In this document: piece after piece, positions 8,621-20,038 of the stretch
How positions within the stretch are numbered: position 1 is the first letter of the stretch
How the letters are laid out: the number at the start of each line of letters is the position of its first letter
Origin: Pedosphaera sp.
GTDB lineage: Bacteria; Verrucomicrobiota; Verrucomicrobiia; Limisphaerales; SIBH01
Length of the DNA stretch: 37,420 bases
Assembly: GCA_031414955.1 (NCBI GenBank)
Contig: JANOQV010000100.1
Span: 1 to 37,420, forward strand
Reading direction: 5' to 3'
Made by a program: the position numbers and the translations under genes
Notes under the pieces: model-generated
Databases searched by the model: none
What the model was told of the DNA's origin: nothing
What the model saw: only the letters and a program-made list of their open reading frames with translations

Positions 8621-11600
8621 ATGCAAAAAATATCCCTCCATGTGGGCCGCACTGCGCGGCTGTGCCGCGCCTTGCTTGTTTCCGCTGCCGTCCTGTTCGC
8701 AGCCCTTCTTTGCCGGCCCGTCCAAGCGCAGGATCTGGAACGGATTTTGCCGCCGCCCTTTTTTGGAACCTTCTACCTCATCTCCCTGCCAGACATGCCG
8801 TATCCGTTCGATCCGTATTTCGGAAAGTTCCCCGTGTACGCTTGGAATGGCGGCACGTATTTGATCGACGACTCTCCTGCGAACGCCGCGTTCGCCGGTG
8901 GTGGGATGGAGTCGATGGCTGGACCGGCGCCCTGCGACCCTTGCCCGGAAGGCGATGGTGGCGGTGGCACCAACATTTACTACCTTGGCGGGTGGACGAC
9001 GAAAGCGGGGTTGAAGTTTGCCGCCATGCCCTATGTCACAAATGCAACCCTTTATGTTACGCGACTGGAGGGCGTCAGCCCCGGAAAGGCTTACGAGATT
9101 TACCGGACCTTAAATTTGTTGAGCACATCGCACTGGACGCGCGTGGCGGTGGGTACGAACGGGCAGACGAATTTCTCCCTCTCGCTCAGTTCCACCAATG
9201 GCGTGTTCCTCGCCGCTTCGGTGGAGGATCAGGATCTGGATGGGCTTTCCGATGCCTATGAATATCTCGCCCTGCGGACCACGAACTTGTGGGACTTCGA
9301 CAGCGACGGGATGCCTGACTTCTGGGAAATGGCGCACGGGCTGAACTTCACCAACCGTAACGACGCCACCAACGACGTGGACGGCGACGGGATTAAGAAC
9401 CTCGCGGAGTATGTGTATGAAGCGTCGTCGATCAATCCGGGAGAGCCGCTCGGGCCGAGCAGTCGCCGGACGCCGCTGGTGATCTCAGAAATTATGTACA
9501 ACCCCGCCCCCGGTGGGACTGAGTTCATCGAGATCTACAACACGCATCACCTACCCCAGAAGCTGGATGGCTTCACGCTTGGTCTGCCAATCGATCCTTC
9601 TCGCTATTATATTTTCACAAACACCACGCTCGCGCCTGGTGCTTTCATCGCTGTGACTCCCGTGACGAGCCTACCTAGTTCGCCTCAACTTCAGCTTCGC
9701 AATAGCCAAGGCGCAGTGCTGCTGGAAGTTAACTACTCAGATAACTCACCGTGGCCCAAGGCGGCGGATGGCACGGGGCAATCGCTGGTGCTTTCGCACC
9801 CCTCTTACGGCGAGAACGACGTGCGTGCATGGTCGCCGAGCGCACGCGGCGGCGGTTCTCGCAGCAACGCGGAACCGGTCATCCAGGATTTCAAGGGAGC
9901 CGTTCGCCTCAACGAGTTCCTGGCCTACCCATCCGGTACCAACTGGGAGTTCATCGAGCTCCAGAACACCAGCAGCGTCACGCAGGACATCTCCGGCTGG
10001 CACCTCTCGTGCAGGGCCAACACCCTGGCCGAATACACTTTCCCCGCCGGAACTATTTTGTTGCCGCGCGGTTTCCTCCACCTCTTCGGCAACACCAACA
10101 ACCCCACGCCCAGCCAGTTCCCATTCCCCTTGAGCAACGGTGGCGACTCCATTTTTCTGAGCACAGCGGATACAAATCGAGTAGTGGACGCCGTGAATTT
10201 TGAGGACCAGGAACAGGGCATCTCCACGGGACGTTCGCCCGACGGCGGGCCGGTCTTTCGCGAGTTGGCGACCCGGACACCCGGCGGCACCAACGCGCCG
10301 GCATTGGTCCGAAACATGGTGATCAATGAGATCATGTACAACTCGATCTCCGGGAGTGACACCAACGAGTACGTCGAACTGTACAACCGGGGAGCAACCA
10401 ACCAGTCACTGTCCGGGTGGAGCTTTGATGGCATCACGTTCACTTTCCCCTCCTTTGTGCTCGCGCCATCGTATTTCGTGGTCATCGCTAAAGACACGCA
10501 TGCGCTGTTGAGCCTTTATCCCGGACGCTTCACGAACGAGGTTAATCTTTTTGGAAACTACGGCGGTTCACTCGGCAACAGCGGCGAGCGCATCGCGCTC
10601 AAGAACTCCGCTGGCGTGGTCGTCAACGAAGTCACCTACGGCGACGGCGGACGCTGGGGCCAATGGTCGGACGGCGGCGGTAGCAGCCTCGAACTGATCG
10701 ATCCGCGCAGCGACAACCGCCTCCCCGCCAACTGGGCCGACAGCCTGCCGCCCGCATCCGCGCAATGGACCAGCCTGAGCGTGACGGGCATTGTGATGAC
10801 TACCTCCCCAGGCGGACCCGGACCCATTGGCTTGGAACTCATGATGCTGGGAGCGGGTGAATGCCTCGTAGATGACGTGGAGGTCCGGGTAGGAACGAAT
10901 AATCTTGTGGGCAATGGCACGTTCAACGGCGCGTGTCTAACGGTGCTGACCAACGAGACTCCGACCTGCGGCACCAATGCCGGTTCGTGCTGGTTTGCCC
11001 AAGGCACGCACGAGTTTTCAGAATTGCTGACCACCAGCGGAACGACGAACGGGCCGTGCCTCAAGGTGCGTGCCACGGAACGGGGCGACTACGTGGCCAA
11101 CCGCATTGTCACCTGCTGGGCAACCAATCTTACCACTGGCACGACCTGCATCATCAGCGCGAAGATCAAGTGGCTGCGCGGCCATCCGGAACTGGTCTTC
11201 CGATTGCGCGGCAGTTACATGGAGGCGGTGGCGCACATGACTACGGCGGGTGGAGGCACACCGGGCCTGGCCAATTCCACGGCCGTGAGCAACGCACCGC
11301 CCGCAATCTGGAACGTGCAGCACTTCCCCGTGGTGCCGGCGGCCAATGAGGTGGTGACGATCTCGGCCCGCGTTCACGATTCAGATGGAGTCACCAACGT
11401 GGTCGTAAAATATCGTAATGATACTGTCACCACCAACACGGCACTTGCGCTGCATGATGACGGCTTGAACGGCGACGCGCTGCCCGGCGATGGTCTCTTC
11501 AGTGCCGCACTCCCCGCTCAAACCACCGGAACGATCATCGCATTTATCGTGGAGGCGACCGATGCGCTCGGGGCGACGAGCCGCTTTCCGAAGGCTCAGG

Positions 11601-13111
11601 CCGTCTTTCCCGGCGACTCCTTCCAGCGTGAATGTGTGGTTCAGTATGGAGACGGCCAGCCCACCGGATATTTCGGCATCTATCGGCTCTGGCTCACGGC
11701 TGCGAATTACAACCAGTGGGCGAGTCGCAACCGTGTTCACAATTCCTCGGTGGATGCGACGTTCGTTTACGGCTCCTCGCGGGCCATCTACAACGCCGGG
11801 GTGCGGTATGCTGGAACCGTCAATACCAGCACGTACGCCAACAACGGCACGGATTACAACACGCCCATCGGGAAGCTTTGCGGCTACGCGCTGGATTTCC
11901 CTGCGGATGATCGTTTTTTGGGCGCCACCGGTGCCGGGCTGGATTACGACAGTACCAACCCGCGCTACATGGCGAGCGAACAATTGGCCATGTCCCTCGC
12001 CGACCGGCTTGAATTGCCAAACAATTACCGGCGCTTCACCCATCTCTACCTGCGGGGAAACAAACGCACTCCCGCAGTGATCTATGAGGACGCCCAGCAA
12101 CCCAACTCGGACTTCCTCTCCGAATGGTTCCCGGACCAGGACAAAGGCCAGCTTTTCAAACTCGAAGTTTGGTGGACCATAGCCGATGCGCCGCTCGTGA
12201 GCGCGGGCCAGCCGGGCGCAACTCTGGAGCTTTTCAATCGTTCCTGGCCGGGGACCACCAACACGTCTCTCGATCTGGCTCACTACCGGCTGAACTGGCT
12301 GCCGCGCGCAGTGGACGGCAAGGCAGATGATTATGGAGCTTTCTCCAATCTTGTCTTGGCGGTGCAAAGCCCGACTTCCTCGAACTACTTCTCCAGCGTG
12401 ACCAGCCAGATCGATTACGAGCAGTGGATGCGAACGCTGGCCTTCGAGCGAGCGGTCTGAAACACGGACTCCTACGGCTTCAACTCCGGGCACAACATGT
12501 ATGCCTATAACACCCTCCAGACCAATGGCAGCGGACTGAAGTGGAATCTGATGATGGTAGATTTTGATACCGTGTTCTCGGGCAATCCGACCAACGATAT
12601 CCTCTACACCAACGTAGATGCCGATGATCAGGTGACTGCCATGATACGGAATCCCGCCTTGCAACGCTCGATGTGGCGCTGCTTCTTCGACCTGGCTAAT
12701 ACGAACAACGGCTTGATGCTTGCCAGCGGCGTGAACCCGGTTTTTGACGGCCATATCGCCGCCTTGGCGGCCAATGGCTACACCGTGCCCAGCACTACGA
12801 ATTCGGATTCCGACCAGAACTGGATCGCCGCACGACGGGCGTACTTGTGGGGGCGCCTGGCCGAGGTCCGTCCTCTTTTTCAAGTTCTGAGCGCCGTCGC
12901 CAACGCCAGTGCTACGAACGTGACGCTGACCGGGCATGCCCCAGTCGAGGTTAAGGAGATCACGCTGAACAGCAACGTCGTCACGGTGACTTGGACCACA
13001 GTCACCAACTGGAGCTTCACCGCAGCCGCGCCCGGGGCGAACAACCTGCAAATCACCGGCTGGGATCGAAAAGGTAACGTGCTGACGAATCTTTCCGCGG
13101 CCCACCCTTAG
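8621..13111 (+). pseudogene. Large secreted protein (shared module, three lamin-tail domains, CBM-like region, choice-of-anchor-X-like region, CotH kinase) interrupted by an in-frame TGA at 12458-12460
   Basis: Signal peptide; VISEIMYNP/LNEFLA/INEIMYNS LTD motifs; LHDDGLNGDALPGDGLFSA; CotH-like IDYEQWMRTLAFERAV*NTDSYGFNSGHNMYAY...MVDFD; ORF 12497..13111 is in the same frame. Confidence 0.8.
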
Positions 13112-13159
13112 GCGTGACTAGCTGATCCCTGAGACCAGCCCTCGGCCAACTTGAGTAGA

Positions 13160-13210
13160 TCCTAATGGCTTCCGCCATGGGCTACTCCCGGTCGCCGCGT
13201 TGCGGCTGAC
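13160..13210. repeat. REP-like half element
   Basis: GGCTTCCGCCATGGGCTACTCCCGGTCGCCGCGTTGCGGCTG with short hairpin GCCGC-GTT-GCGGC, between convergent genes. Confidence 0.35.
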
Positions 13211-13233
13211 GCCCCAGTCAGCAGGCAACAGTC

Positions 13234-14334
13234 TCAGCGCTGCACCCGCGCGCCGCCGCCCTTCATGAGCTTCTCCACTTCGCCCTGGTCGGCCATGCTG
13301 GTGTCGCCGGGGGTGGTCATGGCGAGCGCGCCGTGGGCCGCGCCGTACTCGACGGCTTTCTGCGCGTCGCCGGTGGTCATCAATCCGTAGATGAAACCGG
13401 AGGCGAAGCTGTCGCCGCCACCGACGCGGTCGAGGATTTCCAACTCGGGATACTTGCGGCTCTCGTAGAACTTGCCGTCGTGCCAGGCGATGGCCGCCCA
13501 GTCGTTGATGGTGGCGGTGTGGGCCGCGCGCAAGGTGGTGGCGGTGGCCTTGAAGTTCGGGAACGTCTTCACCGCCGTCTCGATCATCTTCTTGAAGGCG
13601 CTCACGTCGATGTGCAGCAGGTGTTCATCCGCGCCTTCGACCTGAAAGCCGAGGCAGGCGGTGAAGTCTTCTTCGTTGCCGATCATCACGTCCACATACT
13701 TGGCGATCTCGCGGTTCACATCCTGGGCGCGCTTCTGGCCGCCGATGGATTTCCAGAGGCTCGGGCGGTAGTTGAGATCGTAGCTGACAATCGTGCCGTA
13801 CTCCTTGGCCTTCTTTACGCATTCGGTCACGAGCTGCGGCGTGGAGTCGGAGAGAGCGGCGAAGATGCCGCCGGTGTGCAGCCAGCGCACACCGAGCTGG
13901 CCGAAGATGTGATCCCAGTCGAAGTCGCCGGGCTTGAGTTGGGAGGCGGCGGTGTGGCCGCGATCGGGAGTGCCGACCGCGCCGCGCATGCCGAAGCCGC
14001 GCTCGGTGAAGTTAAGTCCGTTGCGCACATCGCGGCCCAGGCCGTCGAACTTGGCCCACTTGATGAACTGGGTGTCGACGCCGCCTTGCAGAATGAAATC
14101 TTCGAGCAGCCGGCCCACGTCGTTGTCCGCAAACGCGGTCGCGACGGCGGTCTTCATGCCGAAACAGCGGCGGAGTCCGCGGGCGACGTTGTATTCGCCG
14201 CCGCCTTCCCAGACCTTAAATTCGCGCGCGGTGCGCACGCGGCCTTCGCCGGGGTCGAGTCGGAGCATGATTTCGCCCAGCGCGAGCATGTCGTAAGCGC
14301 AGGCGCCAGCCGGTTTGATGTTCAAAGAAGCCAT
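13234..14334 (-). CDS. kdgK: PfkB-family sugar kinase, 2-dehydro-3-deoxygluconokinase-like
   Basis: LGEIMLRLDPG, GGGEYNVA, YDLNYRPSLW, DRVGGGDSFASG. Confidence 0.85.
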   Translation of the reverse strand: MASLNIKPAGACAYDMLALGEIMLRLDPGEGRVRTAREFKVWEGGGEYNVARGLRRCFGMKTAVATAFADNDVGRLLEDFILQGGVDTQFIKWAKFDGLGRDVRNGLNFTERGFGMRGAVGTPDRGHTAASQLKPGDFDWDHIFGQLGVRWLHTGGIFAALSDSTPQLVTECVKKAKEYGTIVSYDLNYRPSLWKSIGGQKRAQDVNREIAKYVDVMIGNEEDFTACLGFQVEGADEHLLHIDVSAFKKMIETAVKTFPNFKATATTLRAAHTATINDWAAIAWHDGKFYESRKYPELEILDRVGGGDSFASGFIYGLMTTGDAQKAVEYGAAHGALAMTTPGDTSMADQGEVEKLMKGGGARVQR

Positions 14335-14605
14335 AGTCGTTTGTTCAGTTTCAGTTTGAGCGTGCAAGCTTGGGAAAGGGTGCCTTGAAACTCAAATAGA
14401 AATTGGGACGCAGTGGGCCGGCGGGCGGGCGGGCACCGTGAGAGTGCTGACCGGCTGGAGAAGGAAGGTCGGCTGGTGGCGGTGGTCATGGCTTGAGCAC
14501 ATGCCACCCCTCGGAGCGAAGTGAGCCTGGCCGCCGAGTCGGGCCGCTTCGCTCACGCCCCTCCTCACAGGGCAGACGCATCAAAATGTTTGGTTCCACG
14601 GGCTA

Positions 14606-14728
14606 AGAACCAAAATCCAAATCCCAATCCCAAATAAGCTCTCAATTCCAAACTCCAACGGGAGTGCGAACGCCTGGTTTTGGAATTTGGGCCGTTGGAA
14701 TTTATTTGGGATTTGGGATTGGGGTTTT
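14606..14728. repeat. AT-rich palindrome built of roughly 7-bp units (AAATCCC / GGGATTT)
   Basis: Left arm AAAATCCAAATCCCAATCCCAAATAAGCTCTCAATTCCAAACTCCAA; right arm TTGGAATTTGGGCCGTTGGAATTTATTTGGGATTTGGGATTGGGGTTTT. Confidence 0.75.
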
Positions 14729-14818
14729 CGTGCGAAACACCGCGAAATTAGATCCGTCGGCCCTGCCCCTCCTCGTTCCGCCGCTTGTTCATCGCCGCGA
14801 GGAAAGCTATGGTGGCGC

Positions 14819-17800
14819 GTGTTCTTCCAAAAACTGCGTGACGCGCGTCGAATCTTGACGGCGAGCTTTCTTCTGCTCGTGCCGGTGGCCGCTTTCGCCG
14901 CTCCGGCCACAATTCACCTGCGCAATGAGCACATCCGGACGCCCGAGAAGTCCGCGCGGGTGGACGCGGTGAACGGCAAGGCCGCCACGCCGCACACCGG
15001 TCTGTTCCTCCTTCAATTCACCGGCCCGGTGCAGTCCGCGTGGACGGCGGACCTGGAGCAGCGCGGCGTGACGCTGGTGCGTTACGTGCCGGAGAACGCT
15101 TTCGTCGCGCGGGTCAACGGAGTGAAGTTACGTGAACTGGACGCGCTTTCGTACGTGCGCTGGACCGGGCCATTTCTGCCGTCGCACAAGATTCTTGGTG
15201 GATTGGTCACTCAACAGACGGCGGGCGCGGAAGTCGCCGTGTCCGTGCTGCTGGCACTCGATGCGTCGCCGACGCAGCTCGCCGGCGCGCGCGGTTTGAT
15301 GAAGCGGCTTGGGTCGCAATCCACTTCCCGCTTCGGCCATGTCTGGCGCGGTGAGATTCCGCGCGGTCAGTTGAACCAGCTTGCGGCTTCGGACGCCGTG
15401 CTGTGGATTGAACGCGCGCCACGGATCAAGATGTTCGATGAAACAGCAGCCAAGATCGTGGGCGGCGATTCCGGCGGGCACGCCACCATCACGCAGGCGC
15501 TGGGCTACGACGGCAGCGGCGTTGTCGTGTCGGTGGCGGACAGCGGGTTGCATTACGGCGAGGCTTCGATCATGCATCCTGACTTGCTGGGGCGCGTGGA
15601 CGCGTTCTTCTGGTATGGCGATTTGACGGATGCCGCGGACGAGCACAGCCACGGCACGCATGTCGCCGGCATCGTGGCGGGCAATGGCGCCACCGGCATT
15701 ACGGACGAATTCGGCGCGCTCTGGGGGTTGGGCGTTGCCTCGGGCGCGCACCTCGTGGCGCAGCGGCTGTTCGATGGCGCGGGCAATTACACGCCGGATG
15801 GCACCTTCACTTTCGAGCAACTCACCAGCGACGCCAAATCCGCCGGCGCGGACATCGGCTCGAACAGTTGGGGCGATGACACGCAGGGCCGTTACGACAT
15901 CAGCGCGATGGAGTTCGATGCGCTCGTTCGCGATGCGGACACCAACGCGCCCGGCGACCAGCCTTACATTCTGGAATTCTCCGCCGGCAACGCCGGGCCT
16001 GGCGCGCAGACCGTTGGCAGTCCGGCCGTGGCCAAGAACGTCATCGCCACCGGCGCTTCGCAGAACAACCGCATCGAGTTTTTCATCTACGCCGACGGGC
16101 CGGATGCGATGGCGGATTTCTCCAGTCGCGGCCCGGCGGAAGACGGACGTATCAAGCCCGACGTGGTCGCACCCGGCACCTGGATTTCCTCGTTGCGCTC
16201 GCCCCTTGGCAATGATGAGTTCGCCTGGGGCGACATCGACTTCTACTACCTGTTCCAGGGCGGCACGAGCCAGGCCGGGCCGCAGGTCTCCGGGGCCGCC
16301 GCCGTCTTCGTGCAGTGGTATCGGGAGACGGTCACCAACGCCACGCCTTCCCCCGCGATGGTCAAGGCGGCGCTGATCAACTCCGCCGTGGACATGGATG
16401 ACGAGGTGGAGACCGGCCCGGTGCCCAACAGCGACGAGGGCTGGGGCCGTGTCGATCTCACGCAAATTATCGGCTCGGATCGCGTTTACGATTTCGTGGA
16501 TCAATCCATCACCTTGAGCACGGGGCAGCAGTTTGAGCGCAACGTGGTGGTGGCCGACGACACACTGCCGCTCTTCATCACGCTCGCTTACACGGACGTG
16601 CCGGCCTTCCCGGCGGCGGTGCCGGCGCTGGTCAACGATCTCGATCTGGAAGTCGTCGCGCCGGACGGCCACATCTACCGGGGCAACCAGTTCCTCGACG
16701 GCGATTCCGTGGCCGACTCACCGGTGGCGGACAACTTGAACAACGTCGAGTGCGTGTTCATCGGCGTGCCCTTGCCGGGGCAATACACGGTGCGTGTGCG
16801 TGCCCGCAATGTTCCGCAGGACGCGCGGCGCGACACTGGCGCGGTGGATCAGGATTTCGCGCTGGTCATCTCCGCCCGCCTGCCGCCACCCGGCACCGGC
16901 TTCGTCTTCTTCGACCGCCGCGCCTACACCGTGCCGGGCACGATCCAGGTCAAGGTCATCGACACGGATTTGAACGGGCAACCCTCGGTGGACCTCACCG
17001 TGACCAGCAGTTCCCAGCCCGGCGGCGTGCTGTTGGTGCTGTTTCCTTCCGGCATTCCGGGCACCTTCACCGGCAGCGTGGCCACCGCCACCACCACCGT
17101 CGCGAACCGCCTGCGCATCGCGCACGGCGATCTCATCGAGTCGGAATACTTCGATGAATCCGGGGGCGTGTTTCGCTCTGCCCTGGCCTCGGGCGATTTG
17201 CAACCGCCGGTCATCACGGGCGTCGGTGCTTCCAACTCCTTCGGCAAAACGGTCGTGTTCTGGCAGACGGATGAGATGGCGAATTCCATCGTGCGCTACA
17301 GCACGAACACGGCGTTGAACCTGGGCGTGACGAACGGCTTCTTGACCCTGTCGCACGGCGTGATCCTCGACGATTTGCTCGCGGGCCGGACCTACCACTA
17401 CATCGTGATCTCGGAGGACGAGGCGGGCAATCGCGCCACGAACGCGCCTTCCACCTTCGTCCCCGCGAGCGCGCCCACGGTGCTGCTGGTGGATAATTAT
17501 CAGAATGACGAGGAGGGGTTGGGCCCCAGTGTTCCGTTGAGCGTTTACACGGACACGCTCAATCAGCTCGGTGTTTCCCATCATGTCTGGGATCTGATCG
17601 GCGGCGCGCCCTCGCCGACATTCAATGACCTGCGCCCGTATCGCGTGGTCATCTGGCGCTTGTCCGACAGTGTTTTCTTTGCCGACACCATGACCGCCGG
17701 GGAACAGACGGCGGTGCAGCAATACGTCCAGGGCGGCGGCTCGTTTTTCATGGCTTCGATGGAACAGCTCACGCGGCTGGGCGCGGCCTTTCGCAACGAC

Positions 17801-19882
17801 GTGCTTCAGGTGCCGGGCTTCGCCACCGACGCCACCGCTCCCTCGGCGAACGGCATCGTCGGTAATGTCATCACAGGCGGCGGCATCAGCCTTGCGCTCG
17901 ATTACTCGTACTACGAGTTGGAGGCTTACGACCTCTTCGGTGTTCCCGCCGACATCTCGGACACGATGACGCTCAGCACGAACGCGTTTTCCATTCTGCT
18001 CGAAGGCTCCAGTGAGATCGTCGGACTGGCGTATCCGAAGCCCGGACTGGATCGCACCGGACGCGTGGTGTTCCTCTCCTTCCCGCTCGACGCTGTTTCT
18101 GCCACCGCGCCTGCGCCGAACAACCGCGCCACGTTGATGCAGCGCGTCCTCAACTTCCTCGCGCCTGGCACGGAAGGCATCGGTGCCATCACCCTGGACA
18201 ACACCGAATACACGCTGCCGAGCCAGTCGATCATTGAGGTGGGCGATTCCGATCTCGCCGGGGCGGGACAGTTGAGCGTCACGGTGACGAGCACCACCCA
18301 ACCCGCCGGGCGCACGGTGGTGCTGTCGGAGTTTGGACACGTCGGCCTTTTCCGCGGCACGCTGCCCATCGTGGCCACCAATGGCGCATTTTCTTTGACT
18401 GAACTGCGCGCGGCCCATGGCGATACCATCAGCGCCATCTACTTCGATGCTTCACGCAACGTCAGCGTCACCTTCACCGCGCGCGTCGAGACGGTGCCGC
18501 CCGTCATCAGCGGCGCCTTCATCGAGCCGGGCTATGTCGATGCGCTCGTGACCTGGAACACCGGCGAGCCGTGCGACGCGCTGGTGCAGTTCGGTGAATC
18601 GCCGCTGCTCGGCCGCACCGGCTACGTGCCGACCCTGGACACGGCGCATGAAGTCGTGCTCGAAGGACTTCAGCCCAATCATCTCTACTACTATCAAATC
18701 GTCAGTCGTGACAACGCGGGCAACGTCACTGTTCACGACGACGGTGGCGCGCCTTTCACCTTCACCACGCTCACGCCGTTGACCGCGCCGTGGTCCGATA
18801 ATCTTGAGAGCGGCGACGCCAACTGGTCCGTTTACAGCATCGACGACTCCGAGACGGGCTGGCAATACGGCACGCCGGGCGGTGGAGTTTCGGCACATTC
18901 CGGCACGCACGTCTGGGGCAGCAACCTCAATGGTGACCCCATCAGCTTCGTGGAGACTTACCTGATCAGCCCGCCCATTTACCTGACTGGCGGCAATCGC
19001 GCCACGCTCCGCTTCTGGCAGAATTACGACTTCTTCGAGAGCGAGGACGTGCTGATCCATCTCGGCGAAGTGGCCATCATCACCAACGTCAACGCCGCGC
19101 CCATCACGCTCAACGTGATCGAGGACTACGCCTCCGGGGATTGGGAGGAGGCCGAATATGACCTGACGCCCTACTCCGGCCAGCTCGTTTACCTCGTCTG
19201 GCATTACGTGCTGTTCTCCATCGACTACGCGCCGCAGCAAGGCTGGGTCATTGACGACATTTCCATCACCGTGTCGAACACGGCGGCGGGCACCTTGCGG
19301 GTGTCGAACAATCTTTCCCAGGCGACCTTCACCATCGCCGGGCCGGTGAGCTACGCGGGGCAGGGGACTTCTTTCGTGACCACCAACGCGCCGGCCGGCG
19401 GTTACACCGTGACGTGGGGGGTGGTCAAATACTGGAACCTGCCCGCGCCCCAGACCAACCTTCTGATCGTGCCCGGCTCCCTGAGCTTCACCGGCAACTA
19501 CACCCTCACCGACACCAACGGCAACGGACTGTCCGACTCGTGGGAACGGACGTATTTCGGCAGTGCCGCCGTGAATCATGCCGGCGCGCTCGACAGCGAT
19601 CAGGACGGGATGAGCGACTACGGCGAGTTCATCGCCGGGACCATCCCGACCAATGCGGCCTCCGTGCTGCGCTATTTCACACCCGTGGTGCAGAACACCG
19701 GCGCGGTGCGGCTCGACTGGCCGACCGTGCCGGGCCGCAGCTACCGGGTCACGACCAGCGGGCACACGCTCTCGAACTGGACCGACGCCACCGGCTGGCT
19801 GCGAGCCAACGGCACCGTGCTTTCCTTCAGCACCAACCTGGCGAGCGGCCCGCGCTTCTTCCGGGTGGAAGTAAGGCCGTGA
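14819..19882 (+). CDS. Secreted S8 (subtilisin-like) serine peptidase with FN3-like and jelly-roll domains and a C-terminal DxDxDG region
   Basis: Catalytic motifs VADSG, HGTHVAG, SAGN, GTSQAGP; GWGRVDL; LVNDLDLEV; signal peptide from GTG 14819 (start inferred). Confidence 0.92.
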   Translation: MFFQKLRDARRILTASFLLLVPVAAFAAPATIHLRNEHIRTPEKSARVDAVNGKAATPHTGLFLLQFTGPVQSAWTADLEQRGVTLVRYVPENAFVARVNGVKLRELDALSYVRWTGPFLPSHKILGGLVTQQTAGAEVAVSVLLALDASPTQLAGARGLMKRLGSQSTSRFGHVWRGEIPRGQLNQLAASDAVLWIERAPRIKMFDETAAKIVGGDSGGHATITQALGYDGSGVVVSVADSGLHYGEASIMHPDLLGRVDAFFWYGDLTDAADEHSHGTHVAGIVAGNGATGITDEFGALWGLGVASGAHLVAQRLFDGAGNYTPDGTFTFEQLTSDAKSAGADIGSNSWGDDTQGRYDISAMEFDALVRDADTNAPGDQPYILEFSAGNAGPGAQTVGSPAVAKNVIATGASQNNRIEFFIYADGPDAMADFSSRGPAEDGRIKPDVVAPGTWISSLRSPLGNDEFAWGDIDFYYLFQGGTSQAGPQVSGAAAVFVQWYRETVTNATPSPAMVKAALINSAVDMDDEVETGPVPNSDEGWGRVDLTQIIGSDRVYDFVDQSITLSTGQQFERNVVVADDTLPLFITLAYTDVPAFPAAVPALVNDLDLEVVAPDGHIYRGNQFLDGDSVADSPVADNLNNVECVFIGVPLPGQYTVRVRARNVPQDARRDTGAVDQDFALVISARLPPPGTGFVFFDRRAYTVPGTIQVKVIDTDLNGQPSVDLTVTSSSQPGGVLLVLFPSGIPGTFTGSVATATTTVANRLRIAHGDLIESEYFDESGGVFRSALASGDLQPPVITGVGASNSFGKTVVFWQTDEMANSIVRYSTNTALNLGVTNGFLTLSHGVILDDLLAGRTYHYIVISEDEAGNRATNAPSTFVPASAPTVLLVDNYQNDEEGLGPSVPLSVYTDTLNQLGVSHHVWDLIGGAPSPTFNDLRPYRVVIWRLSDSVFFADTMTAGEQTAVQQYVQGGGSFFMASMEQLTRLGAAFRNDVLQVPGFATDATAPSANGIVGNVITGGGISLALDYSYYELEAYDLFGVPADISDTMTLSTNAFSILLEGSSEIVGLAYPKPGLDRTGRVVFLSFPLDAVSATAPAPNNRATLMQRVLNFLAPGTEGIGAITLDNTEYTLPSQSIIEVGDSDLAGAGQLSVTVTSTTQPAGRTVVLSEFGHVGLFRGTLPIVATNGAFSLTELRAAHGDTISAIYFDASRNVSVTFTARVETVPPVISGAFIEPGYVDALVTWNTGEPCDALVQFGESPLLGRTGYVPTLDTAHEVVLEGLQPNHLYYYQIVSRDNAGNVTVHDDGGAPFTFTTLTPLTAPWSDNLESGDANWSVYSIDDSETGWQYGTPGGGVSAHSGTHVWGSNLNGDPISFVETYLISPPIYLTGGNRATLRFWQNYDFFESEDVLIHLGEVAIITNVNAAPITLNVIEDYASGDWEEAEYDLTPYSGQLVYLVWHYVLFSIDYAPQQGWVIDDISITVSNTAAGTLRVSNNLSQATFTIAGPVSYAGQGTSFVTTNAPAGGYTVTWGVVKYWNLPAPQTNLLIVPGSLSFTGNYTLTDTNGNGLSDSWERTYFGSAAVNHAGALDSDQDGMSDYGEFIAGTIPTNAASVLRYFTPVVQNTGAVRLDWPTVPGRSYRVTTSGHTLSNWTDATGWLRANGTVLSFSTNLASGPRFFRVEVRP

Positions 19883-20038
19883 GCAAAAGGTGACGGGGGA
19901 GGACACGTTGGCCTGGGCCCCCAATCGCCTCGGCCGCGCCGCTGGTGATCCCGATCGCACGATGGCTGCTCGCTGCTCTCCTAAAACTTTTTGAGACACC
20001 GGCTTGAATTATTCGCGACATCTGCCGATGAGCCAGTC

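Noticed and set aside
12458..12500. Selenocysteine or genome-wide UGA=Gly recoding
   Set aside because: The position is Gly-like rather than Cys-like, no convincing SECIS hairpin follows, and many intact genes here end in TGA
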